Source of the DNA: Callorhinchus milii
Taxonomy: Eukaryota
DNA: 64,000 nt
NCBI RefSeq assembly: GCF_018977255.1
Contig: NW_024704742.1
Span: 4,714,001-4,778,000, forward strand
Reading direction: 5' to 3'
Shown here: piece by piece, positions 13,266-27,786 of the stretch
How positions within the stretch are numbered: the stretch's first letter is position 1
Layout: every line of letters starts with the position of its first letter
Program-made: the position numbers and the translations under genes
Notes under the pieces: generated by a model
What the model saw: the letters and a program-made list of their open reading frames with translations, nothing else
Database searches by the model: none
Told to the model about the DNA's origin: nothing

Positions 13266-15524
13266 TATAATTTGTAAGAGGCACAACAAAAAACATTTCA
13301 TTCCACATCTTTATTCAGTATAATATAGATCATATTCTAGAACCTTGTTGGGAAAACGGGGATCATAAATGTAGTGCTTCATATCGAGGGTTGATCTCAT
13401 TTGGGTTTGGCCTCCTACCTTGACTATCATGCAGTTTTGCATGAGACTCAGGAAAAATGCATTGCCATGTTATATAACACTATGTTCCATTGAAATGGCT
13501 CCTGGAGTTTATATTATTCTCTTTCAACATGTCGTGCCATTTGGCACAGATGTAAACAAAAAAAGCTATAATTTATAGAACCGTATTTTCCATGACTGAT
13601 ATATTTTCGGTTTGCTGGTATTTGACAATAGTCTCATGAATCTTAATTTGCTGTAGGTGTCGATTTTTTAAAAAATAAATCAACTCCATGTGATACTGCT
13701 GATGCATTAAACCTTTTCTTTTTCAGTTTTAAAGCAGTATTATGGGTACAAAAGCCAACTGAGGAAAATATCCACACGGATATAATAATAAGATTTTGTT
13801 CAGTTGTTGATAAACTAACCATTAAACTAGACACAAGGCACAGGTGTTGGGGGGCTACGGTGATCAGTCAAACAATGCTAATATGATAATGATGAAGCCA
13901 TACTGCAGTTTGTACGTAGCAATTCACTCTGTAGTAATTTAAGTATCTGGGACGCCATCCTGTGTGAGGAACACTATATAAATGTAAGTTGTTGTAGTAA
14001 TAGCTAAGGCATGCTGCTCTGGGTCGCACTGCAAAGAGTAAAGGATAGAAATGAAGAAAGGAAATAAATCAAAGAGATTACAATTTAAAATTAAGAGAAT
14101 AAGTAAATTACAGTGTGTGGGAATTTTTTTTGATTACATCTTTGTTGTAGTTGTAAGTTGATCAACATGTTGAGCACAGAAAGGCTTTTTCATATTATAG
14201 ATTGCACTCCTGTTCTCACATTTCAAAGTACTGGACTTATTTTACTGAGTAAGTAGACCTACGCTTTATTTAGTGTTCCAAATGGCTGCTATTCCATTTG
14301 GTAGCAAGAGAATTTAAAGGGCACAACTCCAAATTATCAGTCTGCTTCTAATTACCGTCCAGTGATGCTCTGCTGGGAAGTGTACTTGTGGCCTTTGGAT
14401 GACAACAGGATCGGGCTCAGCTGTGATGTGATGCCCACTTGGTCTAATGTAATACAACAAAGGAAGAGCAGAGGGAGGGAGGGGAGCAAAATGGCCAAAA
14501 GAAACACACATAATAATAATAATAATCCTTGCGTTTGATATAGCGCTTTTCACGTCTTCTAGACGTCTCAACGCGCTTCACAGAATATGCTGCAAAGTGA
14601 ATTGACTGTATATTTGTGGGCAAAAATAGCAGGTAATAGTATTTAAGTTTTTAAACAGCAGACCTTTTGTAGCAAGGCTGATGGATGGGTTCTTTGCTCC
14701 ACACTAGTCTCCAATGAGGACTGTTTTGCAGCTGTCAGGATTCTCTAGTTTTAATGCAGATGTGGACGCGCTATAAATGAAGGGTTCATTTGCAATATAA
14801 AACGATCATCACTGGTAATTTTCTATACAAGGCGTGTTTGTAGGAAGAATATAGTAACAGAAATAAATCGAAGGTAACTCTTATTGTCTCCTAATTCTAG
14901 ACTTTGCTGAAATATTATCCTCATCTTTCTCACAGCTGGCAGTTGATAGCATCATATTTATCCACAATATGCTTTGTTTTAGTTTTTTGTATTCTTCCAC
15001 TTCCGTTCTTTTGCATTTTGTACCTAACTGACTGCTTAGCAATCTTGCAGGATTATTTGATGACACCTGCCTCTATAATTAGCAATATAAAATGCATATT
15101 TAATTTAAGCCAACATTTGAAACATTAAAAAAGGAAAGCAAATGGATTTTGATCTGTCTAAATCATTGTGTATCACAGTAAACGTCACTGACTGAGTCTT
15201 TCTATCTATAATTCTAAAGAGGCTTTTGGTTGATGGAAGATACAGAATTATAGAGGGCAACGTGTTATGGAAAGGAAGTGATATCAACAGCGACCTACCG
15301 ACCTGGACGTTTGTTAGTTTCTAAAGTTCAACCGGGGCACGATATAACATAGCCAGTCTGTTGAAAGTACTTTTATCCAATGTCTTCCACGCTTTAGGAA
15401 GTGTTATCTCCATTGCAGTGTTCTCAGTACCATTGTGATAATTAAGGCAATCCAGCTTGAGAACAAAATCTTGCTTTAAAACTTAACAATCGTTTTACTT
15501 ATCACTTAACATTAAAATGATGAT

Positions 15525-15910
15525 TTGAGTTTAGTGGATTAACACGCTGGCCTTTCACATCTAGGACCTTGGTTCAAATCCAGCCCAGATTGCTGGATGG
15601 GCTGTTTGTTAGCTGTAAGAGCCCTATGATTGGGCAGTCATTGCTGACTTTTCCTCGTGGATGTGAAACCACAAGAGTAAAACTGCTTCAAATTTGGCCC
15701 TAAACTGGCAATCGCAGTCAGGCTGTGAAAATGCTGCATGAGTGGATTATGGGGTTTCTTAAGATCCTGTAATAAAACTAAACTAACATACATTAATGGT
15801 GACACTTATTGGCAGAATTATACTGTATCTGACCTGGCAATGCTTTGATATTGTGTGCCCATCCCATCATCAGACAGTCTTCTTGTCTGGTGTACAACAT
15901 TCCACTTATC
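15525..15910 (+). mobile_element. LF-SINE-like element in RNF38 intron
   Basis: GCCTTTCACATCTAGG (15550-15565), GGTTCAAATCCAGCCCAG (15571-15588) and TTGGCCCTAAACTGGCA (15694-15710), collinear with the recalled LF-SINE consensus. Confidence 0.55.
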
Positions 15911-17166
15911 CCATAGGAAAAGGCGCTTTATAAATGCAAGCTGTTGTTCTATAGCTGAGCTGTAGTCTAATATATTCATTGGATGAGCATAGCATTTTTT
16001 TTAAAAAAACATTTCCACAAAACACCTCATTCAATTTGAATGGGAGATAACTATAGTTAATTTTACAAAAGGAAATGCAAAGCAAACTAATTTAAACATA
16101 CAAATTATTCTTGAAGGTTAATTATCGATAAAGTGGGGCTTTGGGTATTTTTTTTGTGCTCTTCAGGATGATGGAAATGTGGACGGCACTTTTTTCTGCT
16201 TTGGATATATCACCCAGTGTCAACATCAAAAAACAAATCATATAAGCATCTTGAAGAGCACAAAAAAATACCCAAGCGCCCATTTTATTGATAATCAACC
16301 TTCAAGAATAATTTCTATGTTTAAATTACTTTGCTTTGGGTTTAAAAGCAGAATAAAGCTTCCATTACTCTGCCTCAACAGTGCCTTAACTCTGACCTCA
16401 GAACACACACCACTGCACCAGTGTGTCATTTCAAGTTTCCGTGACAGCTATCATCATAGTTTTTTTTAAATGGGATTGCCAATTTGTGCCAGAATATGGG
16501 TACTATTGTATTGTGCACTCATTCCCACGTTGAACAGAGGTTGAGATGACCCAATCTTATTTCACATAGACGCCTAACAGGCAGCAGAGCAATGAGCCTT
16601 TAATTCCGTTGCAACCAAATATCCAGAAAGCAAAGCACTTGCATTCCAGTTCACTGTGGCACTCAGTTCTTCTGATGGTGCCAGTGCTGGTGCTAGCTGT
16701 TTGACTGGAGCAATCTACTCTAATCCCATTACCCTGCCCTCTTACAATGACATGCAATATCTTTCTCAATTTGTCTACAATTATTTGTCTACAGTTTGTA
16801 CCAAATTATATTTATGCGTCATTTTGATGTTTCAGAGCATCAAAAATGCCTGCGTTAGCGCTCCAAGCCACTACCCTGCAATAAGGGCATTATATGACCG
16901 GAAATTGTTGTAAATAATAATCCTTACATTTGATATAGCGCCTTATCACGTCTTCACGACGTCGCATAGCGCTTCACAGAATATACTGCAAAGTGAATTG
17001 ACTGTATATTTTTGTGGGCGAAATTGTTTTATTCTAACATTAAATAGTTCAGCCACATTAAAATAAAATTGTTTTATTAAACTTTCCTTATAACACAGTT
17101 TCACATATTGTAAAAACAATCTTGAAATCTTCGGAAACTAATGGCCTGATCTTTCTTTTTATACAG

Positions 17167-17251
17167 ATCAATGCTTCCAGTACCACCTACAGTGGGACCA
17201 ACCTTTAGTTTGGAATTGGATGTGGAGGATGGTGAGGTAGAAAACTACGAG
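17167..17251 (+). CDS. RNF38: RNF38 coding exon: SMLPVPPTVGPTFSLELDVEDGEVENYE
   Basis: Acceptor ctttttatacag|, donor |gttagt; 85 nt, phase 2 to 0; ELDVEDGEVENYE is RNF38-type. Confidence 0.95.
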
Positions 17252-17369
17252 GTTAGTATATTCCATATGATATGATCTTTACTCAGTTGATAGTACTCGG
17301 TTTTCGGTCAGACATTTTGGGGGTTTAGCACACATTAGGATTTCAGCTCAGAGTCTAGGCTGACACTAC

Positions 17370-17700
17370 AGACTCAGCCGAAACACCAGTCCATGCCTTC
17401 TTCACCTCCCGACTTGACTTCTCAAATGCCCTCTTTGCCGGTCTCCCTGGTCCACCATGCACAGGATCCAGCTGGTACAAAACTCCGCCATCCACATGCT
17501 CACCCCCTACTAAACTCCATAACCCCCATCACACCAGTTCTAGCCAGGCTCCACTAGCTCCCTATTGCCGAACAGATCGATTTCAACATCTTCACACTCG
17601 TTTTCAAACCTCTCCAACCTGCTTAACCCTCCAACCCACTACCTGCTGCCTCCGTCCGACTGGTTCCAGCCTTCTGCATATCCCTCATGCCCTCCATTTC
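17370..17700 (+). mobile_element. Degenerate L2 fragment
   Basis: ..VHAFFTSRLDFSNALFAGLP.. translation at about 17388-17450. Confidence 0.75.
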
Positions 17701-18903
17701 ACCATCAGTGAATTGGAGTGAGTGGCTGTGAAGGTTGTGCGAGTAGGAACCAGAAACAGGAGCTGAGGCTTTCATTGTGTTTAGCTGAAGAAAGTTACCA
17801 GCTGAACCCATTCAAAGCACGAGGTATATGCTCCCTAAACTCTGCATAGAATCATTGATACTAAGAGCTGCCAGCAATCCAGGTGCCATGAGCCAAATGG
17901 CCATCTTCTGTATGGTAAACTTTCTGTGATTCTAAACTGTCTACTGTAGTCCGATTACGCTGCTCTTTTTTTTCCCATTACATACATATTCTGTTTTTCT
18001 GTTTGACTCGAATCACGCTAAACTAGTTTATTTCGTGTATTAGTCACCTTCAGCCAAGATGCGGTTAACGTTTTGAAAAATGTATTATTTTAAAAATGCA
18101 TCAACAATACGAGCAACAACAGCAAACAAACTTACATTAATATTGGGCCTTTCAAGTCAGGAGGACGTCCCAAGGCACTGACCAATCAGAGTCTTATCAA
18201 CTTACAAAACCTTGTGCAACTTTAAATTTTCTGCCAGACAGCTCGCTCGATCTGTTAGGAAGTCGAGAAAACCTCTGGGCCTGAGCAAGATGAAACTCTT
18301 CTTAAAAACAAAATAAGCGTGCATTCTGTTCAAGGATCTGCCAGACATCCACAGGAATGTTCAGACAATATTTCAAATCGTAAATTACTCCTCTACCATG
18401 TTCCTAGGCAAGACGATTGAAAGTTAGCAATCACTACATGTTGTTTCAAGATGAAACTTGAACCGTGGCCCAAGGAAAATTTTACCCCTCCCTCCAAACT
18501 GCAGAGAAGTTTATCCTGTGCACATCTCCTAGATACTGTAATCCCACAGGTACATATATTTTTCAGTAGAGAAGTTTAATGTAAACCAATCCATTCATTT
18601 TTAACTTTGGATTTCCAACCTATTTGTATGAGCCCTATTTGTATGTTGAAATGATCTGGTGCTTCTCTGAGTTCAGTGGCCTGCATTTGTCCCTGAAAGG
18701 AATGCAAGGAAGTACAGAATGTACATATGTTGTACATTGAACTTTGTTGGATTGCAGAGCCATAATAATCAACTACTTTATTGCTTCTAAATAATTATTC
18801 TTTTATGTGCATGTAGTTGGGGAAGTCAATCAAGATCCTCATCGGTCCAGTACTTTTGCCAATATAAATAACATTGATATTAAGAACAAATTCTGAACCA
18901 TAA

Positions 18904-19107
<204 letters not shown>

Positions 19108-19564
19108 TAAGTAGAACCACTGAATTTCTAAAGATAATAAAGACGGGGTGCCTTAGAATTATAAGTGATCAAGTTCTTCAGACCTTGTTGCTATCTGTGC
19201 TTAGACTTGTCGATGTGAACACAGTGTGGCTCTCGGGCCATTGCGTGAGGTTTCCTGGGCGTGCAGTGGATGGGTTTACACGGGGCCATTTGTCAAGTCC
19301 AGGACCGAGCAATGAGGTGGATTTGTGGTAAACGGAAAGCAGCTGCAGAAAGGGAGGGTTGAGGCCTACACTGATCTGTCGCTGAGCTCTCGTGGAGGCA
19401 GAGTCAGCTTCACAGCTGGCAGAGCTATTTGCCAAAATCCCTCACGTGAGTCCTTGGACAAAACAATTAGTGCTGAGTAAGTCTGGTAAGTAATATGATG
19501 CACTGTAAAGGACAAACCAAATATTTCTTCCAACTATTTTCTTTTTCCCCCTCTCTATAAGCAA

Positions 19565-19765
19565 ATACAACAACAACAACGACGACAATTTACATTTGTA
19601 GAGCGCCTTTCGCGTCGGGAGGATGACCCAAGGCGCTGGACTGTCAGGGAATTGGATCCGAGCAGGGGTTTGGGATCGGGAGGGGTGGAGAGCAGGGAGG
19701 GTGGGGGTAGGAGGGTGGCCGAAGGCGCAGTCGAAGAGGAAGGTCATAAGACGTGCCTTGATGGA
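19565..19765 (-). mobile_element. L2 3' end
   Basis: (CAA)n tail followed by the reverse complement of the 3960-4100 L2 tail. Confidence 0.8.
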
Positions 19766-20054
19766 ACAAAGGTGCAACTTCAAGCACCACTTGGAGTGTA
19801 AAGTACTGGGCTTGGCGTGACCATTAATAACTGGATAACTGTGTGCACATCACTTATAGTTCCATGCAACTTCTCATCACCTATACCAATCATGAACATA
19901 TGTAGAACTTGTTCATTTCACACGGCATGTCAGAGTAACATGGACTGTCCAAATTAGACAAAACATTTAGTTAACAGAACAAGAAAATGCTATCAAGCTC
20001 CTTCCTTCCATAAACCACGACCAATTTACCGAATTCTTTTGAACCTACAGGTAG

Positions 20055-20258
<204 letters not shown>

Positions 20259-20927
20259 TAAAAAAACTAATTGTAATTAAAAATGCTTGGGTATTGATCC
20301 TTTATTTTTTGCATTTATGGTGTAAATAGATAGATAGCACTGCACTTACTCTCTGTTTAATCTTGTTTGTAGTAGCAAAATTGTGAGAATGATTATCCAT
20401 GCTTTAAGGCTAATTAATGCCTCCTTGGAAATCTTTGATAACTTTTGATAAGTTATGAGTTGAGAGCTGTGATATTTTAGGAAAGTAAGAATCGTCTTGT
20501 AATATAGAATTTTCCTCACCCCCTCACGACATCTAAAGTAGCACTAGACTTTTATTGTCAATTATTATGTTCATATTTTTTAATTCATTGATTGTACAAC
20601 AGTCTTTGAGGCGTCTCGAAGATCTGATAAGAAGCTATACCAAATGCAAGGATTATTATTACTACTGTGTTACAAATGTTATTGCTATTCAAGCTATACA
20701 CTTTAAAGGCAAGATTTTATGTTGTAACTGATTTAATATCATTTATTTGTTTAAATAAAAAAAATAAAATTTAATTTTTACATTGTTTCATGTTCATTTG
20801 CTCAGAATGGATCTAAAATTATCTTTGAGTTCAGTAACATTTCAATACTGGCAAATGTACTGATACACTTCTTAATAACAAGTAAATGACTCACTGAAAA
20901 TAAGTATTATGTTTTCCTTTGACTTGA

Positions 20928-20940
20928 TGCCATCTAGAGG
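20928..20940 (-). promoter_or_regulatory. Candidate CTCF motif
   Basis: CCTCTAGATGGCA on - strand, close to the CTCF core; motif match only. Confidence 0.35.
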
Positions 20941-22477
20941 TAAACTTTTGCTGTGCAATATAAAAAGTGTCTCCTAATTTGAAAAGTAGGCAGCAGCTTG
21001 AATGGCAATAACATTTGTAATGCAGTAGTAATAATAATAATCCTTGCATTTCATATCGTGCCTTATCACGTCTTCGAGACGTCTCAAAATGTTTCACAGG
21101 ATACACTGTAAATTGTAGTCACCGTGTATTTTGCGGTCGAAATGCTTTAAGGCTAATATGCATTTGGAGAACTGTGGTATATGTTTCACACATTATTATA
21201 TGCGCTATACAAATAAAAAATGTGGTTAAAGGGAATCCCAGAGGAATTTCGGTACATTAGTAAATAAAAAATCTGGAAAGTATCTGTTATAACAATGCAT
21301 AAATACACCCAAGCTCCTACATTTGACAAAGTTCTCTGGTTACTGCGCTTTATAAATAAATGTTTGAAGCTGAATAAAATGACGTCATTTGTGGAATCAA
21401 ACCCTCTTAAAGAGGAGATTGGTTTTAAGTGACATTTGTCTTGTATCATCACTTTTAGTGATGCAAAACTATTTAAATTTGAAGAAATTGCACTCTTGAC
21501 ACCATTGGTTTGTTTGCAGCATTGGCTTTTTTTTTTCTTCGTAAACTGTACAATTTCACAAATTATGAAATGGTACAGTCCATGAAGGAAACACATATTC
21601 TAAATGGAGCTCAATGGGAACTGCAAATCCAATCTCAATCTCAATTTGCAGTTGTGAATCTAATTTGTTCCATCTTTTGGCTGTTCTGTAAATTAACTGT
21701 CATCTGGCTCATCGGAAATGTTGAACACACAAAAGTGTTTGCAGTTAAACTTCTTATAATTATAGTTTCACATTTTGAAGTGATATTTTTTACTTCATTC
21801 TCTAAAATAAATAATTCACTGGGGTGGGCTGGGGGGCGGGGGGTGACGTTGTATAAAATATCCTATGGGGAAGATCAGGCAAATAACTTGGAACAAAACT
21901 GGGTTATGAACAAACCCTGTCATTATTTTGGGTTCTGTTTCTCTCTCAACTTGATTATCCAGGAATACAATAATTAACTTCTGTGAAACTGAAAGGAAAA
22001 ATAACCATCAGAAGTTATTATTCGTTGGTTTGCGTTAGTCTTAGAACATTTTTTAAAAAAAAACAAATGTAAATTCCTGTAAAAATAACAGCAGCATTTG
22101 TATTAGTGAAAAAAAACAGTGCAAACAGTTCATCTCTGATTTGAAAGACCATCAGCTATGATGGTATACAGGTCTGTACAACAGGACACCATCAGTGATG
22201 TGATCAGTTTTGTTTTATTACGTCTATTAGATTTGGTGGTATATTAGAGTTGTAATTAATGTAAAACGTATGCCAGGGTTCTCTATTAATATATGCACTA
22301 TACAAATAAATATTGTGGTTAGGGAATCCCAGAGGAATTTCTATATAGAAATAAAAACAATCCGGAACATTTTTTTGACAATGTCTTTAATGTTTTCTTA
22401 TAATTCACATTAACGATGCTTTGCTTCTTCAACGCATAGTACAGACGTATAAAACAGGCTTTTCTATCTGTTTCCAG

Positions 22478-22540
22478 GCAAATCGTACATGTCCAATTTG
22501 TCGAGCTGATGCTTCAGAAGTTCATCGTGATTCAGAATGA
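22478..22540 (+). CDS. RNF38: RNF38 terminal coding exon: ANRTCPICRADASEVHRDSE*
   Basis: Acceptor tctgtttccag|; completes RING (CPIC); C-terminus EVHRDSE* is RNF38-type; TGA 22538-22540. Confidence 0.96.
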   Translation, partial: ANRTCPICRADASEVHRDSE

Positions 22541-22889
22541 GACCAGACTAATAGCACAAATTTGGGTGTTCCTTGTCACTTATGAATGAACTATCCATTG
22601 AACTTGCCTATTGTGGCTTCCAGCCTTCCCTTTATATTAAGGGTCATGATGTGATGCAGTCATATGACCTCCCTTTGCACTGTGTGATTTAATGACTTAT
22701 AAAGCTTATATAGTCCTCACGTTGAAACAATTATGGGATTGTTATACTAACAGTGTGATTGGAACTCCAAAGATTTTTTTTTTCAGCTTAATTTGTGTGT
22801 GCACTAACATTCCCTGGTTTTTGTGTGATCATTCCCAGTGTTGCTGCAAGATTACAGTGGACGTAATCTTTTAGCATGTGCGCTTATTC

Positions 22890-22914
22890 ATTTATATATA
22901 CATATATATATGTA

Positions 22915-22946
<32 letters not shown>
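22890..22946. repeat. (TA)n/(TG)n microsatellite in RNF38 3' UTR
   Basis: tatatatacatatatatatgtatgtgtgtgtatatatatatata... Confidence 0.9.
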
Positions 22947-22947
<1 letters not shown>

Positions 22948-25059
22948 ATAAAGGTAGTTCAACCATTTTAGCATTCTACCTTATAGAGCCTTCAGGTACT
23001 GTGAGTGAGAAAGATTGTAGGCGTGCGAGTGTTTTAGCCAAATGTACTTTGTGTGAGAAACTTAGTACTGGCATGATGCGAGATGTATGTGTGTAGTCTT
23101 AATTATGCTGAAATGTATTCCTGTGTGTTATTTATACAGTCCTAGTACTGTACACTGGTTTGTTTCTTTTTGTTTGCGGTTGCACACTGTATGCAAAGGG
23201 TGCAGCAATTATTAGAAATTTTATTAGCCAGTTGCCCCTTGGTATTTTGTAAAGGCAGATTAGAAAATTTTATTTATAACACACCCACATCTAAAATAAT
23301 AAGGGTGAAAATTTGTGCCAATCAAAATATGGTATATTACTACCCTAAGAACCAAAGCAGTGAGTCTCAAAAGTACTTTGCTAGGAATCTTGTCATGTAC
23401 AAAATGTGAGAATCATATGTGAGTCTAATGACAAGAGACTGGGTGTGCTATAAAAATACAATATGTTACAAATTGTCATTGGCATGTCAAATAATATGGG
23501 TCCTCGTGTGTGAAAACAAAACCCTCGTCGCGTATCTAGACTTAAACTGGTTTGTTCAGTTACTCCAGTGCTCCAAAATACGTCTCCCGGTATCATCTTC
23601 AGATATTCATGGAACCGGCCATTTTAATTAACTCCCATTTGTTAAGCTAAACTGAAGCCCGTTTTGAGAGTACTTAATTCAAGTTCAGCGCAAACTGAAT
23701 TGTGTTACCATTTTGCTACCAGCCTCCAACTCCCATTTCCTCCATTGTGATTTAATGTGTACTAAATTTCTCTTTCATTCCAGCACAGTTCCTTTTATTT
23801 TTATCATTTTGCAGGATCTTGCTCTGGCTTTTTCTCTCTGTTTCTCAGAAGGTGTACAACATAACAGCACAGGTTAGATTTATAATATTACATTTTATTT
23901 TAATTTTCATCAGTCTTAGCAACGAAAGGGTATTTCCCATTATTTGTTCTGGAAACTGACCCCAAGTAAAGCAAATTATTCTTATTAAATAAGAAGGGTT
24001 AGGGACAGAATTAAGCACAAGGGTTTTTATTTTTAAATATTGCAGGAGAAAACAATGAGTAGTTATTAGAAAATACGTCTATTTTGTAGTAGTCAGACAA
24101 CCATTGACAATCCAAAGAACTCTTTGACATCAAGTACGTGTATTTGATTCAATTTTATAGCAAATTTTGTAACAATATTTTTATAGTGCTACAATAGGGA
24201 TTGACAATGGTAGTCACAATGGATAGAAACACTTTCTGGAGAAATTAGGGCAGATGCGGATTTGTAGTGACAGAAAAAGATTGTAGCTGTATTTTGATCC
24301 TCCCTTCTTCCCCCAAGATTGTATTTATTCAGTGGTCAGGCACAAATTCACACTGACGTTCTGCCATTTTTCTGTTAGGAATTGAATCGAATGTTTGATT
24401 CAAATATTGATTGAGGTCAACATGTTTGTTAGCTGTGGTATCGGATACATGATTTGCTTAATAGAGATAATCGAGGAGCAAACCATTCTTAAAAACATGG
24501 ATGAAGTAACTTCTTAGAATTGTGGAGTGTTCAAGCTGGATTAAGAACCTAGTAGTGCCACGAGATTCGATTCACCCGACATCTGGGCGTTACTGGAATT
24601 GGACACAGAATGGGAGCGAATTTTGTTATTTACAATTTGGTTATGTGATTTACATGTAGTTGTAATCGGGCCCTTTCAAACTGTACTTTCTCACTTCTAG
24701 TCCAGATCTAGTGTGTGCACCCACTCTGAACTGGAAGTAACCCTTCCCTGGCTTGTCGGGTTGCTTTTGACATCACTTTCTGCATGTCATCACTTCCTGC
24801 TCTGCCTGCTACCCCCAGGCGTTACCGTTGACATCAGTTGGCGAAGGAATTGGTGTGAGCAGTGTTTCCTTTCACAGGGCACATGGTGTCGACAGCAACC
24901 TGACCACCACCAACTCCGGCAGATTGCATTTATATAGCGAGTGTCATGTCGGGAGGATGTCCCAAGGCTCTGACTACCATAAGCCCATCATTTCTCTCTA
25001 TCTCGCATATAATGTGGGTGGTGAGATTTTAGGACCAGCCACAAGGTTTCCCACGATCT

Positions 25060-25510
25060 CATAGAAATCTACAGCACAGAAGGAAGCCGTTCGGCCCATC
25101 AAGCCCACAGCTCACAGACCAAGGAGGTTGTTTCAATCCCAATGGCTCCCTTATCCTCAAATCCCTTCAAGTCCCTCTCTTTCATATGCCTGTCTGCTTC
25201 CCTCTTGAAAGCTACAAAGGTCTCTATGCTTCCATCACCCAACTCAACAGGTCATTCCACATCCCAACTACTCTGGGTGAAAAATTTCCTCCTAAGTTCT
25301 CCTATCGCTCTTCTTGTGGCGATCTTATAACTGTCCCCTTGTTACTGACTTCCCTATCAGTGGAAATAACTTCTCTCTATTTATCCTAACAACACCCCTC
25401 ATGATTTTGTACATCTCAATCAGGTTCCCCTCTCGATCTTCTCTGGTCCGACGAAAACGCGACCAGCTTCTCCAATCTCTCTTCATAACTGTAGCCCTTC
25501 ATCCCTGGAA
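25060..25510 (-). mobile_element. CR1 3' fragment antisense within RNF38 3' UTR
   Basis: catagaaatctacagcacagaaggaagccgttcggcccatc is a reversed CR1 3' end. Confidence 0.8.
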
Positions 25511-27786
25511 GCATTACATTTCACATGAGTAATTTGCAAAAAATAATTACAGCCTATGTTAATTTAAGATTTGTGCACCATTGCCTATCTGAGCATTAAT
25601 TCATATCCTGTCTGCGGTGTTTGTATGTATCCTGCTGCTTCGCTCTGCAGCGTCACTTTCATTCTACAGAAATAGTTGAATTGCTTTTTTTGTTTGAAAC
25701 TTGCTGTTATATTAGAGTAATTGGAGCACTTTTCACACAGATGTAGAAGAGAAGACATTCAAAACAAAGAGCTATTAGTACTGTTAGAATGTTGTTTTTG
25801 TGTTTCACATTACGCTAATATTGCCAAACAGTGTTAATTTTTTCACACTTTGCTGCTGATTGTGAGTTGAAGGCTGTTTATAAGATATATCCGGCATTTC
25901 TAAAAGACCTAACTGTCAAACTGCACGGACAACTAAAATATATTTACCGAGGATATAATTGTTTAAGTCTGCATACATAATGAGCATTTTAATCGTGACT
26001 AATCATGCAGGAATACAGATTAGGTGGTTGAAATGAGAAGCATTAAGGACGTGTAGAAGAGGGTTTTAAATATTGCATGAAAAGTTTTTAATCCGTAACT
26101 TGTGTGACCTTAAAGTCAAGTATATTCATGACAAATTGTTCTTATTTAAATTATTTATATGACCTATCATTTAAGAATCATGAAAATAAATTGGAATTGC
26201 AGGTCTTTTAGAAATACTTGATTGTAACAGTTCAGTAGCAGAATTTTTAAAAAAAACTATTGGGCACTGAAAGAGAAAGTATAGTAAGAGTTAAATTGAG
26301 GGCTGAGCGTTCCTTAAATTATTAGTCACTTCATATTTAATACAATGTCTGTGATATTCATCCGTTCAAAGAAATTTCCTTTGTAATATCTATAGAAAGG
26401 TGCGACTTCCAGCCCTGGAGCATATTTGATGTTTTATAGAAGACATTATCCATTTTTTCCTACAATATTACCAGTTTAGAAAATGTTACTTCAGTGCATA
26501 AGTAAAACATCTCACTCCTGCAAGGATCCGCCGCTTTAATGCTGAAACGGAGAATCAACCACAGTATTAATTGGCAAAAACAAACCAAGGGTTTTATTAT
26601 TCACACAGGCGTTAAATGTACTAGTTACCTGGACTCCCATTAGAAAAGTAAAATTAAAATGTTCGGGGTGGGGGTTGGAGTATTTTTTTTGTTTTTTGAA
26701 GGGAATAATTTCACATAACTTGGTTCAATAACGATTGGGAGGTGGTACAGTAACAGTTAGGTTTAGGTCTGATTATTGGCAAAATTAATTGTTGCACTCT
26801 TAATGCTAACCACTTTTGAAATGTTTCTTGTGTTGTTTGCATGGAGACTCTAGGGCAGATGTGTGCAGACTTTGCTTTCTGTGGTCAGTGTGTAATAAGC
26901 ACATGTGCATGTGTATCAAACCAGCTCCTACCGGCTGCAGCTTTTTCTGCCCGACTGGGGTTGGTTTGGGTGGGAAAGGGGATTCATGCTCAGCTGTTAA
27001 CTGCCATGAATTGTAATGTGCATTTATGTATTTAATCCCACAGTCTGTATGGTGGAAAAGAACAACGACATACAGTAGGATTTGTTGTGTGTTGGTTGGC
27101 CCTCACTAATATTGGGTTTACCAATGTGTCCAGCTCACCATTTTGTGTTTGCATGAGTTTTGGTGGATAGTTTTGAAACATGTTAATTGTAACCAAATTC
27201 AGCAAGACCTAGGGATAGCCCAAGTTTTACTCATCGTTATTTTGACAAACTATAACACTAGACTGCTCAACTGGTAAATGTTTACTCTACTGATTTTCTT
27301 TTTAAGAATTACTCTCACTTCAACAATGATAGGTACAATGTCATTGGTTCTGAATTGCTGGGGTTTCAATAGCAGTCTTCCCATTGAGGAATAAAAAAAT
27401 ATGAAGCACATACACTCTGGATTATCTTTAGGTCTTAATGGAAATCTAGTGGGGCTTTTCTTTGGTACATATACAGTTACCTCATTTTGCCACTTACGTA
27501 TTTAAAAATCACAAATGAATCAGAAAAAAAGCAAATGGATTTTGTTGGAATCATTTCTGAGTGTTTCATTGAATCATACACACTATTGTATCATTTAACA
27601 TGACAAGTAGTTTTCAGTGTTGTATTATAAATCTATCTGTAACCAAATCATTTGAAGGCTTGATAAATTTTTAACAAAATTTGTACATTTTTTATGAAAG
27701 TTACTAGTAATGCTTTACTAAGTAGTGCAATGAATTTTTATTTTTAATCCCTGTGCCCAATTTTGGAGTTGAGAGGGTTGTTCATT

